Shown piece after piece: positions 20,662 through 31,509 of a stretch of 64,000 nucleotides of DNA. Location: the NCBI GenBank assembly GCA_963783575.1, contig CAWAOD010000009.1, positions 1 to 64,000 on the forward strand, given 5' to 3'. Each line of letters starts with the position of its first letter. Position 1 is the stretch's first letter. The translations under genes and the position numbers were made by a program. This stretch comes from an uncultured Spirochaetota bacterium (lineage in GTDB: Bacteria > Spirochaetota > Brevinematia > Brevinematales > JAOACQ01). Under the pieces are notes generated by a model. That model made no database searches. It was not told where the DNA came from and worked only from the letters and a program-made list of their open reading frames with translations.

Positions 20662-22077
20662 TTATGAATTTGTTAAATTTTGCATTAAAGTAAAAATCGC
20701 CTGATCATTGTATTGAGCCCTATATTTTTTTAGTTTTGCTTCTTTCCACTTTTTATAAATTGCCTTCATTTGTTCCCTCTGAAGTATTTCATAGATACTT
20801 TTTGAGGCCGGTTTATAATCTATGGAAAACTTTTTCCCTTTACTATTGGTAATTATAAATGAATCTGGATTGCTTATATAATAATTTGAAATATCCAATT
20901 CGGTAATGCTAGATTTTGCGGCATTTTGAATTTCCTGTTCCATAGAAACTGCAAGGTCAATCTTTAAAAGTTTTTCAGCGGCCTTATCCATGTCTTTACG
21001 AAATTGAGCCGTTCTTTCATATTTATCTTTTTGCGCCCTGGAAGTAAAAATCATGGTGTTGGAAAAAGCATCAATCTTGTTTTCAAATTCCTGAATATTC
21101 TGAGAAGGTTTTAACTCCCGGTTAAATATATTTAAATAAGCCAGGATCTGTGACCAATTATAGATTGAATCGTATATTTTCAATAAAGGTAAATCGCCGG
21201 GTATATTTCCAATATTATATGTTTGATTGCTGACTTTTATGCCCTGCCCGGCAATATTTATTTCAAACAGATTGGAATAAAACCCGGGGAACTCATAAAC
21301 GTTATATGACTGGTCACAAAGATTCAATGTTAGCGGGAAAAAACTGACATTCCTCTCAAGTTTACGAAGCTCAGGTATTGTTTTTTTCTCCGACGTCGAT
21401 TCAACATAGATAATATATATTCCGTAAGGAGTTTCAATAAGATTGGTAATAAGGCCCGGTTTTTTTGCCGAGAATACCGCATCATCAAACGGCCTGGCAG
21501 TAACACCGCGCGGTATATATCCTATATACCCTCCCGATGAAGCGGTAGCTTTATCATCCGAATATTCTGCCGCCGCCTTGCAGAATTCTGCCTTAATGTT
21601 TTTAGAACCGGAAAGATGAGATAATAATTTTCCCGAGTTTTCCCTTATAATATCCTGATCGGGATAATTGTAAATTTTTATCAGGATTTGCCTTAACTGG
21701 ACGACATCAAAGGCATACTTTTCAGCATCATGGCTGTATAATCCCTTTCCCTTGTCATACAAGGTTAAATAATATGCCTTATTCGAATAAAGGCCGGATT
21801 CATTGATAAATTCTTCACTATTTGTATAATCCGATGAAATCACTTCAAAATATATAAGATCTGCAACGACAAAATGATCGGTAATGACTTCTTTGTACCA
21901 TTCTATTCCATTTGTTTTTATATTTTTATCGGCTAAGGCATAGCCTTTGAAAAAACTATGAACATCACTTGTTTTAACAAAATGCCGCTGATTATTGTTA
22001 TCCTCATAAGATACAATCGCAGGATTATAACTGCACGCTGAAAAAAGTAAAATTATAAACAGCAGCCTGATAATCAT
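20662..22077 (-). CDS. PpiC/parvulin-type peptidylprolyl isomerase lipoprotein
   Basis: FSAC lipobox; AAEYSDD...SGGYIG...PFDDAVF...ETPYG. Confidence 0.8.
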   Translation of the reverse strand: MIIRLLFIILLFSACSYNPAIVSYEDNNNQRHFVKTSDVHSFFKGYALADKNIKTNGIEWYKEVITDHFVVADLIYFEVISSDYTNSEEFINESGLYSNKAYYLTLYDKGKGLYSHDAEKYAFDVVQLRQILIKIYNYPDQDIIRENSGKLLSHLSGSKNIKAEFCKAAAEYSDDKATASSGGYIGYIPRGVTARPFDDAVFSAKKPGLITNLIETPYGIYIIYVESTSEKKTIPELRKLERNVSFFPLTLNLCDQSYNVYEFPGFYSNLFEINIAGQGIKVSNQTYNIGNIPGDLPLLKIYDSIYNWSQILAYLNIFNRELKPSQNIQEFENKIDAFSNTMIFTSRAQKDKYERTAQFRKDMDKAAEKLLKIDLAVSMEQEIQNAAKSSITELDISNYYISNPDSFIITNSKGKKFSIDYKPASKSIYEILQREQMKAIYKKWKEAKLKKYRAQYNDQAIFTLMQNLTNS

Positions 22078-22860
22078 TTATCTTATTTTTACGAAATTCA
22101 CTTTCGCATACCTGTCCAGATTGAAATTGATAAACATATTGCCTGAATGAGTACCGTTAGTCCCATCCATTGTTGTAATTGTATATGCCGTAAAACTCCT
22201 GGTATTTGTTAAATCGGGCGGCAATTCTGCTATTGTATCTTTTGTTAGCCAATGCATTTGGCCCGCAGCGTCAAAGTTGTAATAATAACTGAATATTGTG
22301 ACCATAGTCGTTGTTTCCGTAATATAATCATTTGTTTGTGTAAGAACCGTATTTCCTGCGACGTATTCCATGTTAGTATCTGTGACCGTATAATCGTAAG
22401 TATAATTGGTGTAAATCCTGATATTGGTAACCGCATCCTGGTTTGTCGCAAATCCGGACCCGTATGGGTAATGCGATACGCTTACCGTATAATCCACCGG
22501 TGCGATCAAATCAATAGATTGGTTTGATTCATTGATATAATATCTGAAGTAATAATTGGTGGCATAATTATAAACTACACCGTTGGAATAAGAAATGATA
22601 TCAACGGAATTATCCTGTTTAAACTTCAACGTGTATACATCGGTATCTGTAATGGTTTGAGCGGTATTTGTTACCACTGCATTACTCTGGTACGGATCCT
22701 CATAAGATTCGAATGTAACAAGCCATTCTCCCAGTATTTTCGAATTATCAGTATTCGATGAATTATTACCACCTCCCGATAATTGCGGAATTTGATTCAT
22801 ACAGCCTGTAGCAGATAAAATTAAAAGCAACATCGGGAATAAATATATTATTTTTTTCAT
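22078..22860 (-). CDS. Thr/Asn-rich lipoprotein, paralog of 22879-23787
   Basis: ATGC lipobox; shared motifs GEWLV, NYATNYY, IDLI.P.D, GTNG. Confidence 0.8.
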   Translation of the reverse strand: MKKIIYLFPMLLLILSATGCMNQIPQLSGGGNNSSNTDNSKILGEWLVTFESYEDPYQSNAVVTNTAQTITDTDVYTLKFKQDNSVDIISYSNGVVYNYATNYYFRYYINESNQSIDLIAPVDYTVSVSHYPYGSGFATNQDAVTNIRIYTNYTYDYTVTDTNMEYVAGNTVLTQTNDYITETTTMVTIFSYYYNFDAAGQMHWLTKDTIAELPPDLTNTRSFTAYTITTMDGTNGTHSGNMFINFNLDRYAKVNFVKIR

Positions 22861-22878
22861 AATCCTAACCTCCCGGGA

Positions 22879-23787
22879 TTAATTCTGCTTCTGAAAATTT
22901 ACAATAGAATTAAATTCAGGATAATGCTCATAGGACTCTGACAATTCGTAGTAACCGTTCGTTCCTTTTGATTCAATAGTAGTATATGTAGTATGGCTGC
23001 GATTATCGCTTTCAGGCGTATGAGAAACTTCCAGGCTTGGCCTCCAATACATCCTGCCGTTTGTATCAATAGTAAACTTATATGTAAAAACACTTATAGT
23101 TTTTTTACTGACTTTTGCCGTATCGTAGACTTGTTCAGGTACAGTAAAGACAGCGATCTGATCCGTTGAGACATTTGTCACCTGGTAATCAGAGGTAAAA
23201 TTGGTATATACAACCGTTTGATAATTCGAAAAAGTATCGTAAACATTTGTATCGATGGAAACAATATTACTGGAAGAATCGTAATTTGTTGTAAAATTGG
23301 TATTGGTATAGTCAATATTGGTTGAAGGTATGTAAATCCCTCCTATCGGCTCATAATATATAGTTTCTTCCACATCGATCGGAGATATCAGATCTATGGT
23401 CATTGTATCTTCATGCAGAGTATAATAGTAATAATTTGTAGCCCAGTTGGAAACAGCCCCGTTTGTATAATCAATAATATCCGCTGTAAAGTTAGTTTTA
23501 AAAAGAAGCGTATAACAGGCAGAATCTGTAATTGAACTGCTCATGTTTGTCACAATCTGAACCAATTCTCCATTGTCATTCAAAACTTCATAGGTTTCAT
23601 ACAATACAAGCCATTCGCCTTGAAGAGATTGCATATCGGATAACCGGCTTTGGCTTATGCTTGCATTTAATGCTGTAGTAGTTGAAGCAGGCTGATTCTG
23701 GCAGCCTGAAAATAAGAATAAAATTAAAAAAGGAATAATGAATATAAATATCCTGATTTTAGTCATTTTTCCCTCCTTTTTCCTCAT
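22879..23787 (-). CDS. Thr/Asn-rich lipoprotein, paralog of 22078-22860
   Basis: FSGC lipobox; same shared motifs; true start probably the second Met (23766). Confidence 0.8.
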   Translation of the reverse strand: MRKKEGKMTKIRIFIFIIPFLILFLFSGCQNQPASTTTALNASISQSRLSDMQSLQGEWLVLYETYEVLNDNGELVQIVTNMSSSITDSACYTLLFKTNFTADIIDYTNGAVSNWATNYYYYTLHEDTMTIDLISPIDVEETIYYEPIGGIYIPSTNIDYTNTNFTTNYDSSSNIVSIDTNVYDTFSNYQTVVYTNFTSDYQVTNVSTDQIAVFTVPEQVYDTAKVSKKTISVFTYKFTIDTNGRMYWRPSLEVSHTPESDNRSHTTYTTIESKGTNGYYELSESYEHYPEFNSIVNFQKQN

Positions 23788-23844
23788 CCTCTACAATTGA
23801 GGAGAAATACTTATTTTTACAAATTCTTCATTTCATTACTATTC

Positions 23845-25782
23845 TTACCATCCATCGGGCTTTGTGCTGTTGTATAAATCGCCGCAATTTGTACTCCATG
23901 AGTAAAAATGCGAATTTGTATATCTGAGCAATGTCCAGTCATGACTATATATAGTACCGAGAGAATAATATCTGCTCCACACACCACTAATACCTAGACT
24001 TATTCCCCCATCCAGCGAGAATCCGGCATGCAATGATGTATCAAAATAAAGCGCTATACCGTTGGCGGTAGACAGGGCCGCTCTCGCCAGTGCCGTCCCC
24101 GACATATAACCCACCGCGTTTAGCGCAGGCCCTATAAGATAGGCTATTGACATATTCGGCCTCAACGCCAGGTATGGTTTGAGTGTAGCGCTTATATCCC
24201 CAATTATGGTAGGATAATTCGGTTTCAGTTGAAAATCGGATATCGGTCTTGCGGATGTGTTATCATGTATCTTAAACCAGGAGTAATATACGTTGTAATC
24301 TACGTGAAATCCTATCTTTCCGTAAATCATAACACTTGTCGATAAGGCTACCTGTCCTGTAGCGGAGAAGTTAACACCCAGATACAGAGGAAAACTGACA
24401 TATACCGGAACCCAACCTATTGCAAAACTAAAGCCAGGGGCAAAAATTTGCTGTTCTCTATTGTATGAATAGGTAATTGCTCCCACTAACCCTAATGTGG
24501 TGGTATTGGATAAGGAAATATAAGACTCGAAAAAGCCTTTCAGATATATCCACCCGGTATCAACTTTTACGTCAATGTAAAAATCCCCGTAAACATCATC
24601 ATCAACAGATATGGTAAACTGGCCCCCGGCTTCGCTTTTGTTGCTGAGATCGGCATATTCATCCAACAACGTTTTATTTGATATCACTTTCAGGTTGTTA
24701 TTAATCGGGTTATTGCCGGACAAACTTTTGAAGCTGGCGCTTATTTTCGGAGAGTCAAATTTATGAGTACTAGTATTGTAGTCGAATTCCATGCTGAATG
24801 ACAGCCTATGATGAAGGAATTGAAGATCATATGATCTGGTCGGCGACCGATTTTGATTATACATCGTATTCAGTTCGCTGACACTTCCCTTTATCCGAAA
24901 ATACATAGTATCGAACGCATCTTTCCCGATAACATTCGTGTAGGAAGCCTGTATGGTACTGATAGTGCGGCTTACAGAATAAACCTCACCCAGAATGCTT
25001 TCTTTCTGGCCGATAATGAAGTCGCCCGCTACTAACTGAGGCGACTTGCTCTTGTCAAAAGAAACGGAACCAGATGTCTGCCCGACGGCCGTGCCAGACA
25101 TATCCTTGCCTATAATTAATTTTCCGTTCGGCTTGATATTAAGTATCCCTCCCGGATAGGCATAATCCTTATAATTATCAGGCTTCAAATAATAAAGAGT
25201 CCTTGTTCCTTCTTTTTGCGAAGATAAAAACATGAATAGAACGGAGTCCTCTAATCCTTCCCTTGCCGGATAGCCCGTATTTTTATAAGGAATGTAAGCA
25301 ACATCATCCGTTCCGTCATTATCCAGATTATAGCTTTCATTTGCCTTTAAGGTGACATTTTTAACATCCTGGTAAATGCTGCCGTCGTTGTTGTAAAGAA
25401 TATATTGAAAAGTCACTTGTGACTCATCAGCACTGATAATATATACATAGCCGTACTTTGCCGAGCTTTCGATGGGGGTTCCCGTATTCTCTTTCAATAC
25501 AGGATCATAATAATACTGTATCCTGTCCATACGTATCTGGATTCTCGTACCTGCTAAGAGATTACAAAAAGTTTCGTTCGTTGAATAGATCATGCTTCCG
25601 CCTACATAAGCACCCTGCAGTAAATCATCAAGGCCCTGTATGGATGGAATTACAGGTACAGATGATTTTACTTGACCCGGTTGATTAGCCTGCGAAGAAT
25701 TTGCATTGGGATTGAGCTGACAGGAATAAATCAAAAAGATAGCAGGTATAATCATTATTAATGAAGATAGAATCCTGACCAT
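23845..25782 (-). CDS. Large lipoprotein, beta-rich C-terminal region, unknown function
   Basis: IYSC lipobox, GGAGG RBS, 645-aa ORF. Confidence 0.8.
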   Translation of the reverse strand: MVRILSSLIMIIPAIFLIYSCQLNPNANSSQANQPGQVKSSVPVIPSIQGLDDLLQGAYVGGSMIYSTNETFCNLLAGTRIQIRMDRIQYYYDPVLKENTGTPIESSAKYGYVYIISADESQVTFQYILYNNDGSIYQDVKNVTLKANESYNLDNDGTDDVAYIPYKNTGYPAREGLEDSVLFMFLSSQKEGTRTLYYLKPDNYKDYAYPGGILNIKPNGKLIIGKDMSGTAVGQTSGSVSFDKSKSPQLVAGDFIIGQKESILGEVYSVSRTISTIQASYTNVIGKDAFDTMYFRIKGSVSELNTMYNQNRSPTRSYDLQFLHHRLSFSMEFDYNTSTHKFDSPKISASFKSLSGNNPINNNLKVISNKTLLDEYADLSNKSEAGGQFTISVDDDVYGDFYIDVKVDTGWIYLKGFFESYISLSNTTTLGLVGAITYSYNREQQIFAPGFSFAIGWVPVYVSFPLYLGVNFSATGQVALSTSVMIYGKIGFHVDYNVYYSWFKIHDNTSARPISDFQLKPNYPTIIGDISATLKPYLALRPNMSIAYLIGPALNAVGYMSGTALARAALSTANGIALYFDTSLHAGFSLDGGISLGISGVWSRYYSLGTIYSHDWTLLRYTNSHFYSWSTNCGDLYNSTKPDGW

Positions 25783-26081
25783 ATAAGCCTCCTCTATCTT
25801 AATCGGTAATTTACAACCCTGTTATTATTGGACAAGGCATGGAACTTTTATATTTTAATTCTGAATATATTAAAAAACTAGCGTGACATTATATTACGAA
25901 ATTTCTCATTTTATTATTTTGTTTTTCTTGTCAAAGTAATAAATAATACCGAATTACATAATGGAACATATAGATATTTAATTATAGTATTGGAATAAAC
26001 ATTATTATCAATATTTATCTCGCGCAAATTATGGCATAATAAAAAAAAATAAACAAGGTGGTGAATACTCATGTGCTAAAT

Positions 26082-27329
26082 TTATTTGATATTGAAGGCT
26101 GAGGCAAGCTTAATAAGTTCGTATCTATTTTTAATGCTGAGCTTATTGTAAATGGTAAAAAAATGATTTTCAACTGTACGCCGTTTTATTTTCAGTTTTT
26201 CGCATATTTCACTATTGGAAGTACCGTTTATCCCAAGAATAATGATCTCAAGCTGTCTATCGGTGAGATGATATTCTTCCTTAAACCTTTTGATTTCCTT
26301 ATATTCTTTTATAATCAACAATACACCCATAAAATCGCCGAATTTATCCGTTATACGTGAAAAATAGGAAAAAGCGTTTACAGTTTCATTCTTTCTCCTA
26401 TAATTCACTATGTCTCTCAAGTAATTTATCTTACCCGAAAATAAATTCTGCAGGTCAATTTTTAATAAGGGCTTTAATTCCAGGATACTATAAATTTCTT
26501 TATTCACCAGGTCATCCATTCTGTCCTGTAGAGTATCGCGTGCTTCAGAGTTTGCTTCTATTATTTTGCCTTCAGTGTCTAAGATAAGGATCATATCGCT
26601 GATATTTGTTAAAACTTCATAAAATAAGTCTTTTATCTCAAAATTCAGGAATTTATATTTTACGAAAGCGTAATAGAGTCCAAAAATGTAAAAGGATATA
26701 ATGATTGGGGTTAAATGAGGGCTGAAGTTTGTGAAAAAAACCGGCATAACAATATCAATAACATATTCGATCAAGAAAGAGATTGTAGAAAAGGATAAAA
26801 TTATTATGCCCTGCTTCTTTTCCTTTTTAGAAGAAGTTTTTTTAATCCACCTAAATAAAAAGTAAGAAATTACCAGGTAAAATATACTGATAAATAGAGT
26901 ATATGCAGCAAACCAGAGGGTATTGGACGCATCTTTAAAAATCCAGAATCCGTACACTTTCCTTGTGTTCATTAATACTTTATCCGCCGATATTATAAAT
27001 ATGGAAATAATAAAAGAAACAAGATAAGACAAAATAATGATTATTTTAGGTACTCTTGTTCTGGTCAATATAATTACGAAATGAAATAAAAACAGGAAAA
27101 AAATAAGCAATAAAAAAAACGCGATTTTCTGGAAGAATATCAATTGCCCGATAGAATCCGAATATTGGAGTAAGAATTTACAAATGATATAAAGAGCAAT
27201 AATAACTGTTTGTATAAAAAATAATATATGCAGTGAATTTTTTCTGTTTTTTAATAAAATATTAAACCCAAGCATCATGCATAAAACGGCGAGGAAAATC
27301 ATGAAATATGATGTAATATTAAATAACAT
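26082..27329 (-). CDS. 7TM sensor + PAS + LuxR HTH regulator
   Basis: HisKA_7TM-like N-terminus, PAS (ISDMILILD..GKIIEAN), LTDRQLEII...RRTVENH. Confidence 0.85.
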   Translation of the reverse strand: MLFNITSYFMIFLAVLCMMLGFNILLKNRKNSLHILFFIQTVIIALYIICKFLLQYSDSIGQLIFFQKIAFFLLLIFFLFLFHFVIILTRTRVPKIIIILSYLVSFIISIFIISADKVLMNTRKVYGFWIFKDASNTLWFAAYTLFISIFYLVISYFLFRWIKKTSSKKEKKQGIIILSFSTISFLIEYVIDIVMPVFFTNFSPHLTPIIISFYIFGLYYAFVKYKFLNFEIKDLFYEVLTNISDMILILDTEGKIIEANSEARDTLQDRMDDLVNKEIYSILELKPLLKIDLQNLFSGKINYLRDIVNYRRKNETVNAFSYFSRITDKFGDFMGVLLIIKEYKEIKRFKEEYHLTDRQLEIIILGINGTSNSEICEKLKIKRRTVENHFFTIYNKLSIKNRYELIKLASAFNIK

Positions 27330-27454
27330 ACATTATTTTATTAAAAAAGCAGTTTTATGTCAACCCCGATCAGATTAGGTTGAATGAACGTGCAGGTTAT
27401 TATAATAATTATGGAAATTGAAAATCCAGATGTTAAAGGTGATTGAGAAATAAA

Positions 27455-28312
27455 CTAAATTTTATCAAATAATTTTTCTTCTATCCAACGGATGAGGATT
27501 TCTGTTTCCTGAAGGCGGTTAAAATAGATCTCTGAGATATCGGAATGGTGCCTGTTTTTTATCACGCGGAGAACAGCCAAACCCTTTTTTTTCTCATTTA
27601 TCCTGTTAACAAACGATTCGGATCGGTTTATTTCTACAATCGGATCTCTATTGCCATGAAGGCACAAAACCGGTATATTTTCGCTTCCTGTTATATATCC
27701 GATAGGGCTTGCTTCTTTACGGCTTTCTTCCGTCGGGGCAAAGTCGTAGTACATCTTTTCGTTATTTCTGTTTTTACTGTGGAATGTAATATCCAGAGGT
27801 CCGCTTATAGAAATCATTCCGCGGAAATATTCCTGATCAATGTCATACATTTTCTGCATCTTGCGGTTAAAAACCAGCAGTCCCGCAAGTTCACCCCCGG
27901 CTGACTGACCTGCGGCTATTGTTTTTTTATAATTCAGCCCGAACCTGTCTGAAATTTCCATACATTTTTTAAAGGCTGAAAATACATCCTCCATCTGCGC
28001 TGGGAATTGATAACGTGGCGCAAGCCTGTACCCGGGCATAACAGTGGGAAACCCGTATTCAGCAAGAGAAAATCCGATAAATTGCATGATTTCGGGATTG
28101 AACATCCTCCACCCGCCCCCATGAATAAAAAACACAATTCCATCTTTCCTGTTGCCTGTTTTCGGAGAGAATACAAGTAAATACTGGTTATCGGATCCGC
28201 CATATGAAATTTTATCTTTACTTATTTCTTTCATGCCTTTCAAATTTTTCCTTAATGCCCGGATTGGAAGGGAAGAGCTCCCCAATAAATCCTCAATCGT
28301 CCATAATAACAT
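27455..28312 (-). CDS. Alpha/beta hydrolase (esterase/lipase)
   Basis: HGGGW, YRLAP, GQSAGG, HGNRDPIV. Confidence 0.9.
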   Translation of the reverse strand: MLLWTIEDLLGSSSLPIRALRKNLKGMKEISKDKISYGGSDNQYLLVFSPKTGNRKDGIVFFIHGGGWRMFNPEIMQFIGFSLAEYGFPTVMPGYRLAPRYQFPAQMEDVFSAFKKCMEISDRFGLNYKKTIAAGQSAGGELAGLLVFNRKMQKMYDIDQEYFRGMISISGPLDITFHSKNRNNEKMYYDFAPTEESRKEASPIGYITGSENIPVLCLHGNRDPIVEINRSESFVNRINEKKKGLAVLRVIKNRHHSDISEIYFNRLQETEILIRWIEEKLFDKI

Positions 28313-28321
28313 ATCATTTCC

Positions 28322-29047
28322 TTATAAATGAAAAAATCGTTTAAACTTGATTTTCCTTTTCAAAATATAATGAAGAGCAAGAAAAAATAACGCTAGCGGA
28401 AAGAATAAAGATATTGCAACAAAAGACCAGCTGGGAGCAATTTTCCCCGTATAAAACCTTGACAGCATTATATCCAGTCCAAAATTGAATATACCGGCGG
28501 CAATAAGAATAAAACCTCCAATATTCAACCCTTTATCTTTAATATTTATAGACAATATTATCACCAGTATGGATAAAACATAGAGCAAAATTAATAAAGG
28601 CAGGCCCAGCGGAAAAAACCATTTTATTTTCCCTCCCAGATTATCGAATATAAATAATAAAACCCCTACCGTGATCATAATTCCGGTTGAAAGAACCAGG
28701 GGTTTTCTTATAAAAATTAAAAACAATGTGCTGCAAATCCAGGCGGCTACCAGTGAAGATAAGGGATATCCCGCCCAGGTTTTTAGCCCGTTCAATTGAA
28801 TGCCGATCGTCAGTATGACAAAGAATGGCGTAAAAAGCAGAATGGAAAAAATCATCCAGGTAAGGTAAAGATTGCGTTTATCCTCTATGGATTTCTCAGT
28901 TACAGTTTCAGGATTTGTTTCCGGGTATTGATTTTTTGGAATTTCTTCCCTTCCGGAAAACTTCCGGATCGGGCTATTGCACAACGGACATAATTCGACA
29001 AATTCATCCACTTCGACTCCGCAATGTGAACAATACGGCATATACAA
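28322..29047 (-). CDS. Zn-ribbon membrane protein (DUF6320-like)
   Basis: CSHCGV...CPLC then about 6 TM segments, ends RFFHL. Confidence 0.75.
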   Translation of the reverse strand: MYMPYCSHCGVEVDEFVELCPLCNSPIRKFSGREEIPKNQYPETNPETVTEKSIEDKRNLYLTWMIFSILLFTPFFVILTIGIQLNGLKTWAGYPLSSLVAAWICSTLFLIFIRKPLVLSTGIMITVGVLLFIFDNLGGKIKWFFPLGLPLLILLYVLSILVIILSINIKDKGLNIGGFILIAAGIFNFGLDIMLSRFYTGKIAPSWSFVAISLFFPLALFFLALHYILKRKIKFKRFFHL

Positions 29048-29051
29048 CCCC

Positions 29052-30377
29052 TCAATTAGTCATTATTTTAACAGGAATCCCCAGTTTTACCAGGCTTCTG
29101 AAAAAATACATTTCAATTTCAGTTTCCCGGATAACTCTCCCGAATGAAATAAACACATTATTTTTAAAGCCTATAACTCCGCAATTGCATTTTGTTTCCG
29201 GATCAGGTCCGGGTATAAAGTCAAATCCTTCGATGTATTCCGCTATTTTATCCGGCATGGCAGCCAGGCCAAGGTTGGAAAGGCTGCCGGACGAAGGCTT
29301 ACCGCCGACCTTGCTGTGAATATAATTCAAATAAATATCTTTAATAAAACGGGGTACAAGCCTCACCGCGATATATTTTTCACCGCGGACATTCCGCGCC
29401 ATATCCGGCTGTATGGATTTCGCGTTAGCCATCATCCGGATATAATGATAAACCTGATTTAGTATTTCATCAAAACTGTATTTTCCAAGTACAGGGTTAA
29501 TTTCGGGAGTGATATACAGAATAAAATTTCTCAAAGTCTTTGAAGGAAATAAATTCCTTAAATTAATTGGTACAATAATCCTTATGGGCCCGGCTGCTCT
29601 CTTTCGGTTTGATTCGTATAACCGGAAATATACTTCCTGAAAAGACTCGATGAATAATGCTACCAGTATGTCATTCACAGTTACTTTTTTTTCTTTTGCC
29701 AGGCCGCTTAATTTATCCAGAGGCACAATCCCGGTTATGATATGATATTCACCAGGATTAAGCAAATTATAAGGCAGATGAAAGGCTTTACTTTGCTTTG
29801 CCGGCGGCGGGGCATTTTTATTATAATATTTCAAAAACGAATCCCCGGATTCTTCGGGATCGGGTTTCTGTCCGGGCTTTAAAATATCACCCCAATCATC
29901 GATGGGACCGGAATCCAGATTTATATATTCCGCTGTTAAAGTTTTTAAAAAAGTCAAAGCTCCTGATCCATCAGTCAGGATATGTGAAAATTCAGCGGCG
30001 ATCCTGTTTTTAAAAACCCTTATCCGGAATAAGAACGATCCTTTCCTCTTGACCGGCATTTTCTCGCATGGAAACCTTGAATCCGGAAGAATTTTAGGAA
30101 CAGCGCCTGTCTGCTCCAGATAATACCAGAAAAATCCCTTATGAAGAAAGACCCTGAAGTAAGGAAAACGTTTAATTGTGTTTTCAAGAGCCTTTTGAAT
30201 AAATTTGATTTTAACCGGACTTTTCAGATAAACCGAAACCCTGAAAATAGTGGTTAATTTTGAAGAAACGATGGAGGGAAAAATTTTCCCGACATTATCC
30301 AGCCTGTACCAGTAATCCTGATCCACACTGGTATTTCCGGATATTTTATCTTTTTTCAAAAAAGACTCCCTTAACAT
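29052..30377 (-). CDS. Alcohol acetyltransferase-like (condensation/CAT-fold) protein
   Basis: WYRLDN, GFFWYYLE, HILTDG (HxxxDG), NLRNLFPSKTLRNF, SNLG. Confidence 0.85.
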   Translation of the reverse strand: MLRESFLKKDKISGNTSVDQDYWYRLDNVGKIFPSIVSSKLTTIFRVSVYLKSPVKIKFIQKALENTIKRFPYFRVFLHKGFFWYYLEQTGAVPKILPDSRFPCEKMPVKRKGSFLFRIRVFKNRIAAEFSHILTDGSGALTFLKTLTAEYINLDSGPIDDWGDILKPGQKPDPEESGDSFLKYYNKNAPPPAKQSKAFHLPYNLLNPGEYHIITGIVPLDKLSGLAKEKKVTVNDILVALFIESFQEVYFRLYESNRKRAAGPIRIIVPINLRNLFPSKTLRNFILYITPEINPVLGKYSFDEILNQVYHYIRMMANAKSIQPDMARNVRGEKYIAVRLVPRFIKDIYLNYIHSKVGGKPSSGSLSNLGLAAMPDKIAEYIEGFDFIPGPDPETKCNCGVIGFKNNVFISFGRVIRETEIEMYFFRSLVKLGIPVKIMTN

Positions 30378-30481
30378 CTCAATTAGCAGGAAAAATTATT
30401 TTTTGATGTTTATTTTAACCTGCCCCTCAATTTTCGTCAAAAACCCGGCTTTCTGTTTCAATATAAATATTAATAAAACTA

Positions 30482-30540
30482 TTGACTTTTATTATCCCAT
30501 GTATTATACTTTAATCAATTGATTTAATCAATTGATTTAA
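30482..30540 (+). promoter_or_regulatory. Sigma70 promoter followed by tandem palindromic operators
   Basis: TTGACT-17 bp-TATACT, then AATCAATTGATT twice (30513-30537). Confidence 0.7.
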
Positions 30541-30553
30541 TTTGGAGGTTAAT

Positions 30554-31417
30554 ATGAATATTAATGGTAAGAGTATCCTGGTAACCGGGTGTTCAAGCGG
30601 TATAGGCCGGGCTTGCGCTGTTCTTCTGGCAGACAGAGGCTTTACGGTATTTGCCGCTGTCCGAAAAGAAACTGACGCACAAAACCTGAGAAGACTCAAT
30701 TTAGAAAACCTGATTCCTTTATGCCCTTTAGACCTTTCCAGGCCGGAACATTTACCGCAAATATTTGAAAAAGTATGTGTGGAATTGAATAAACTTGGCC
30801 AGGAAGGTCTTTTCGCGATTATAAATAACGCCGGAGGCGGTTTTATATCCCCGATAGAACTAATGGATTTAAATAAATTCAGAACCGAACTCGAAACAAG
30901 ATTGACCGGCCCAATTGGTTTATTGCAGACATTTCTCCCGATGCTCCGTAAGACTCAGGGCAGAATTCTCTGGATCGTAACGCCGGCATTAATGCCCATT
31001 CCATTTGACTCAAGTCTACATGCCTGTGATTTTGCCGTAAATAACCTGGCCAGGACGCTGAACATAGAATTGAAACCCTGGAATATTCCGGTCGTTATGG
31101 TCCGCTGCGGCATGATTAAGACAGAATCCGTTGAAAGATCTTACGGGGAACTTGAATCCAATATAAAAAACTGGCCGGAAGAAATATCAAAACTTTATAA
31201 AAAAATTCTCGATGAAGTAGTAAAAAAATGGCATGATTTTGATAAAAAAAGGACCGATCCTGCTGAAGTAGCAAAAATAGTTTATAAGGTGCTTACTGCT
31301 CAAAAACCAAAAAACAGATACAGGATCGGTTATATGTCAGGAAAATCCGCTATGCTTGAGTTATTTCCGCAATCCTTTGTTGATTCCATTATGATGAAAA
31401 GGCAGAATAAATATTGA
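30554..31417 (+). CDS. SDR family oxidoreductase
   Basis: LVTGCSSGIG, INNAG; canonical YxxxK not present; GGAGG RBS. Confidence 0.85.
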   Translation: MNINGKSILVTGCSSGIGRACAVLLADRGFTVFAAVRKETDAQNLRRLNLENLIPLCPLDLSRPEHLPQIFEKVCVELNKLGQEGLFAIINNAGGGFISPIELMDLNKFRTELETRLTGPIGLLQTFLPMLRKTQGRILWIVTPALMPIPFDSSLHACDFAVNNLARTLNIELKPWNIPVVMVRCGMIKTESVERSYGELESNIKNWPEEISKLYKKILDEVVKKWHDFDKKRTDPAEVAKIVYKVLTAQKPKNRYRIGYMSGKSAMLELFPQSFVDSIMMKRQNKY

Positions 31418-31509
31418 TAATGGAGAAACCCGGCAGAACGGTTTGCTTATATTGCAAATATCCGTCCGATGAATTATAATTTTACAATTAGCAGTTGGAG
31501 GGCTGGAGA

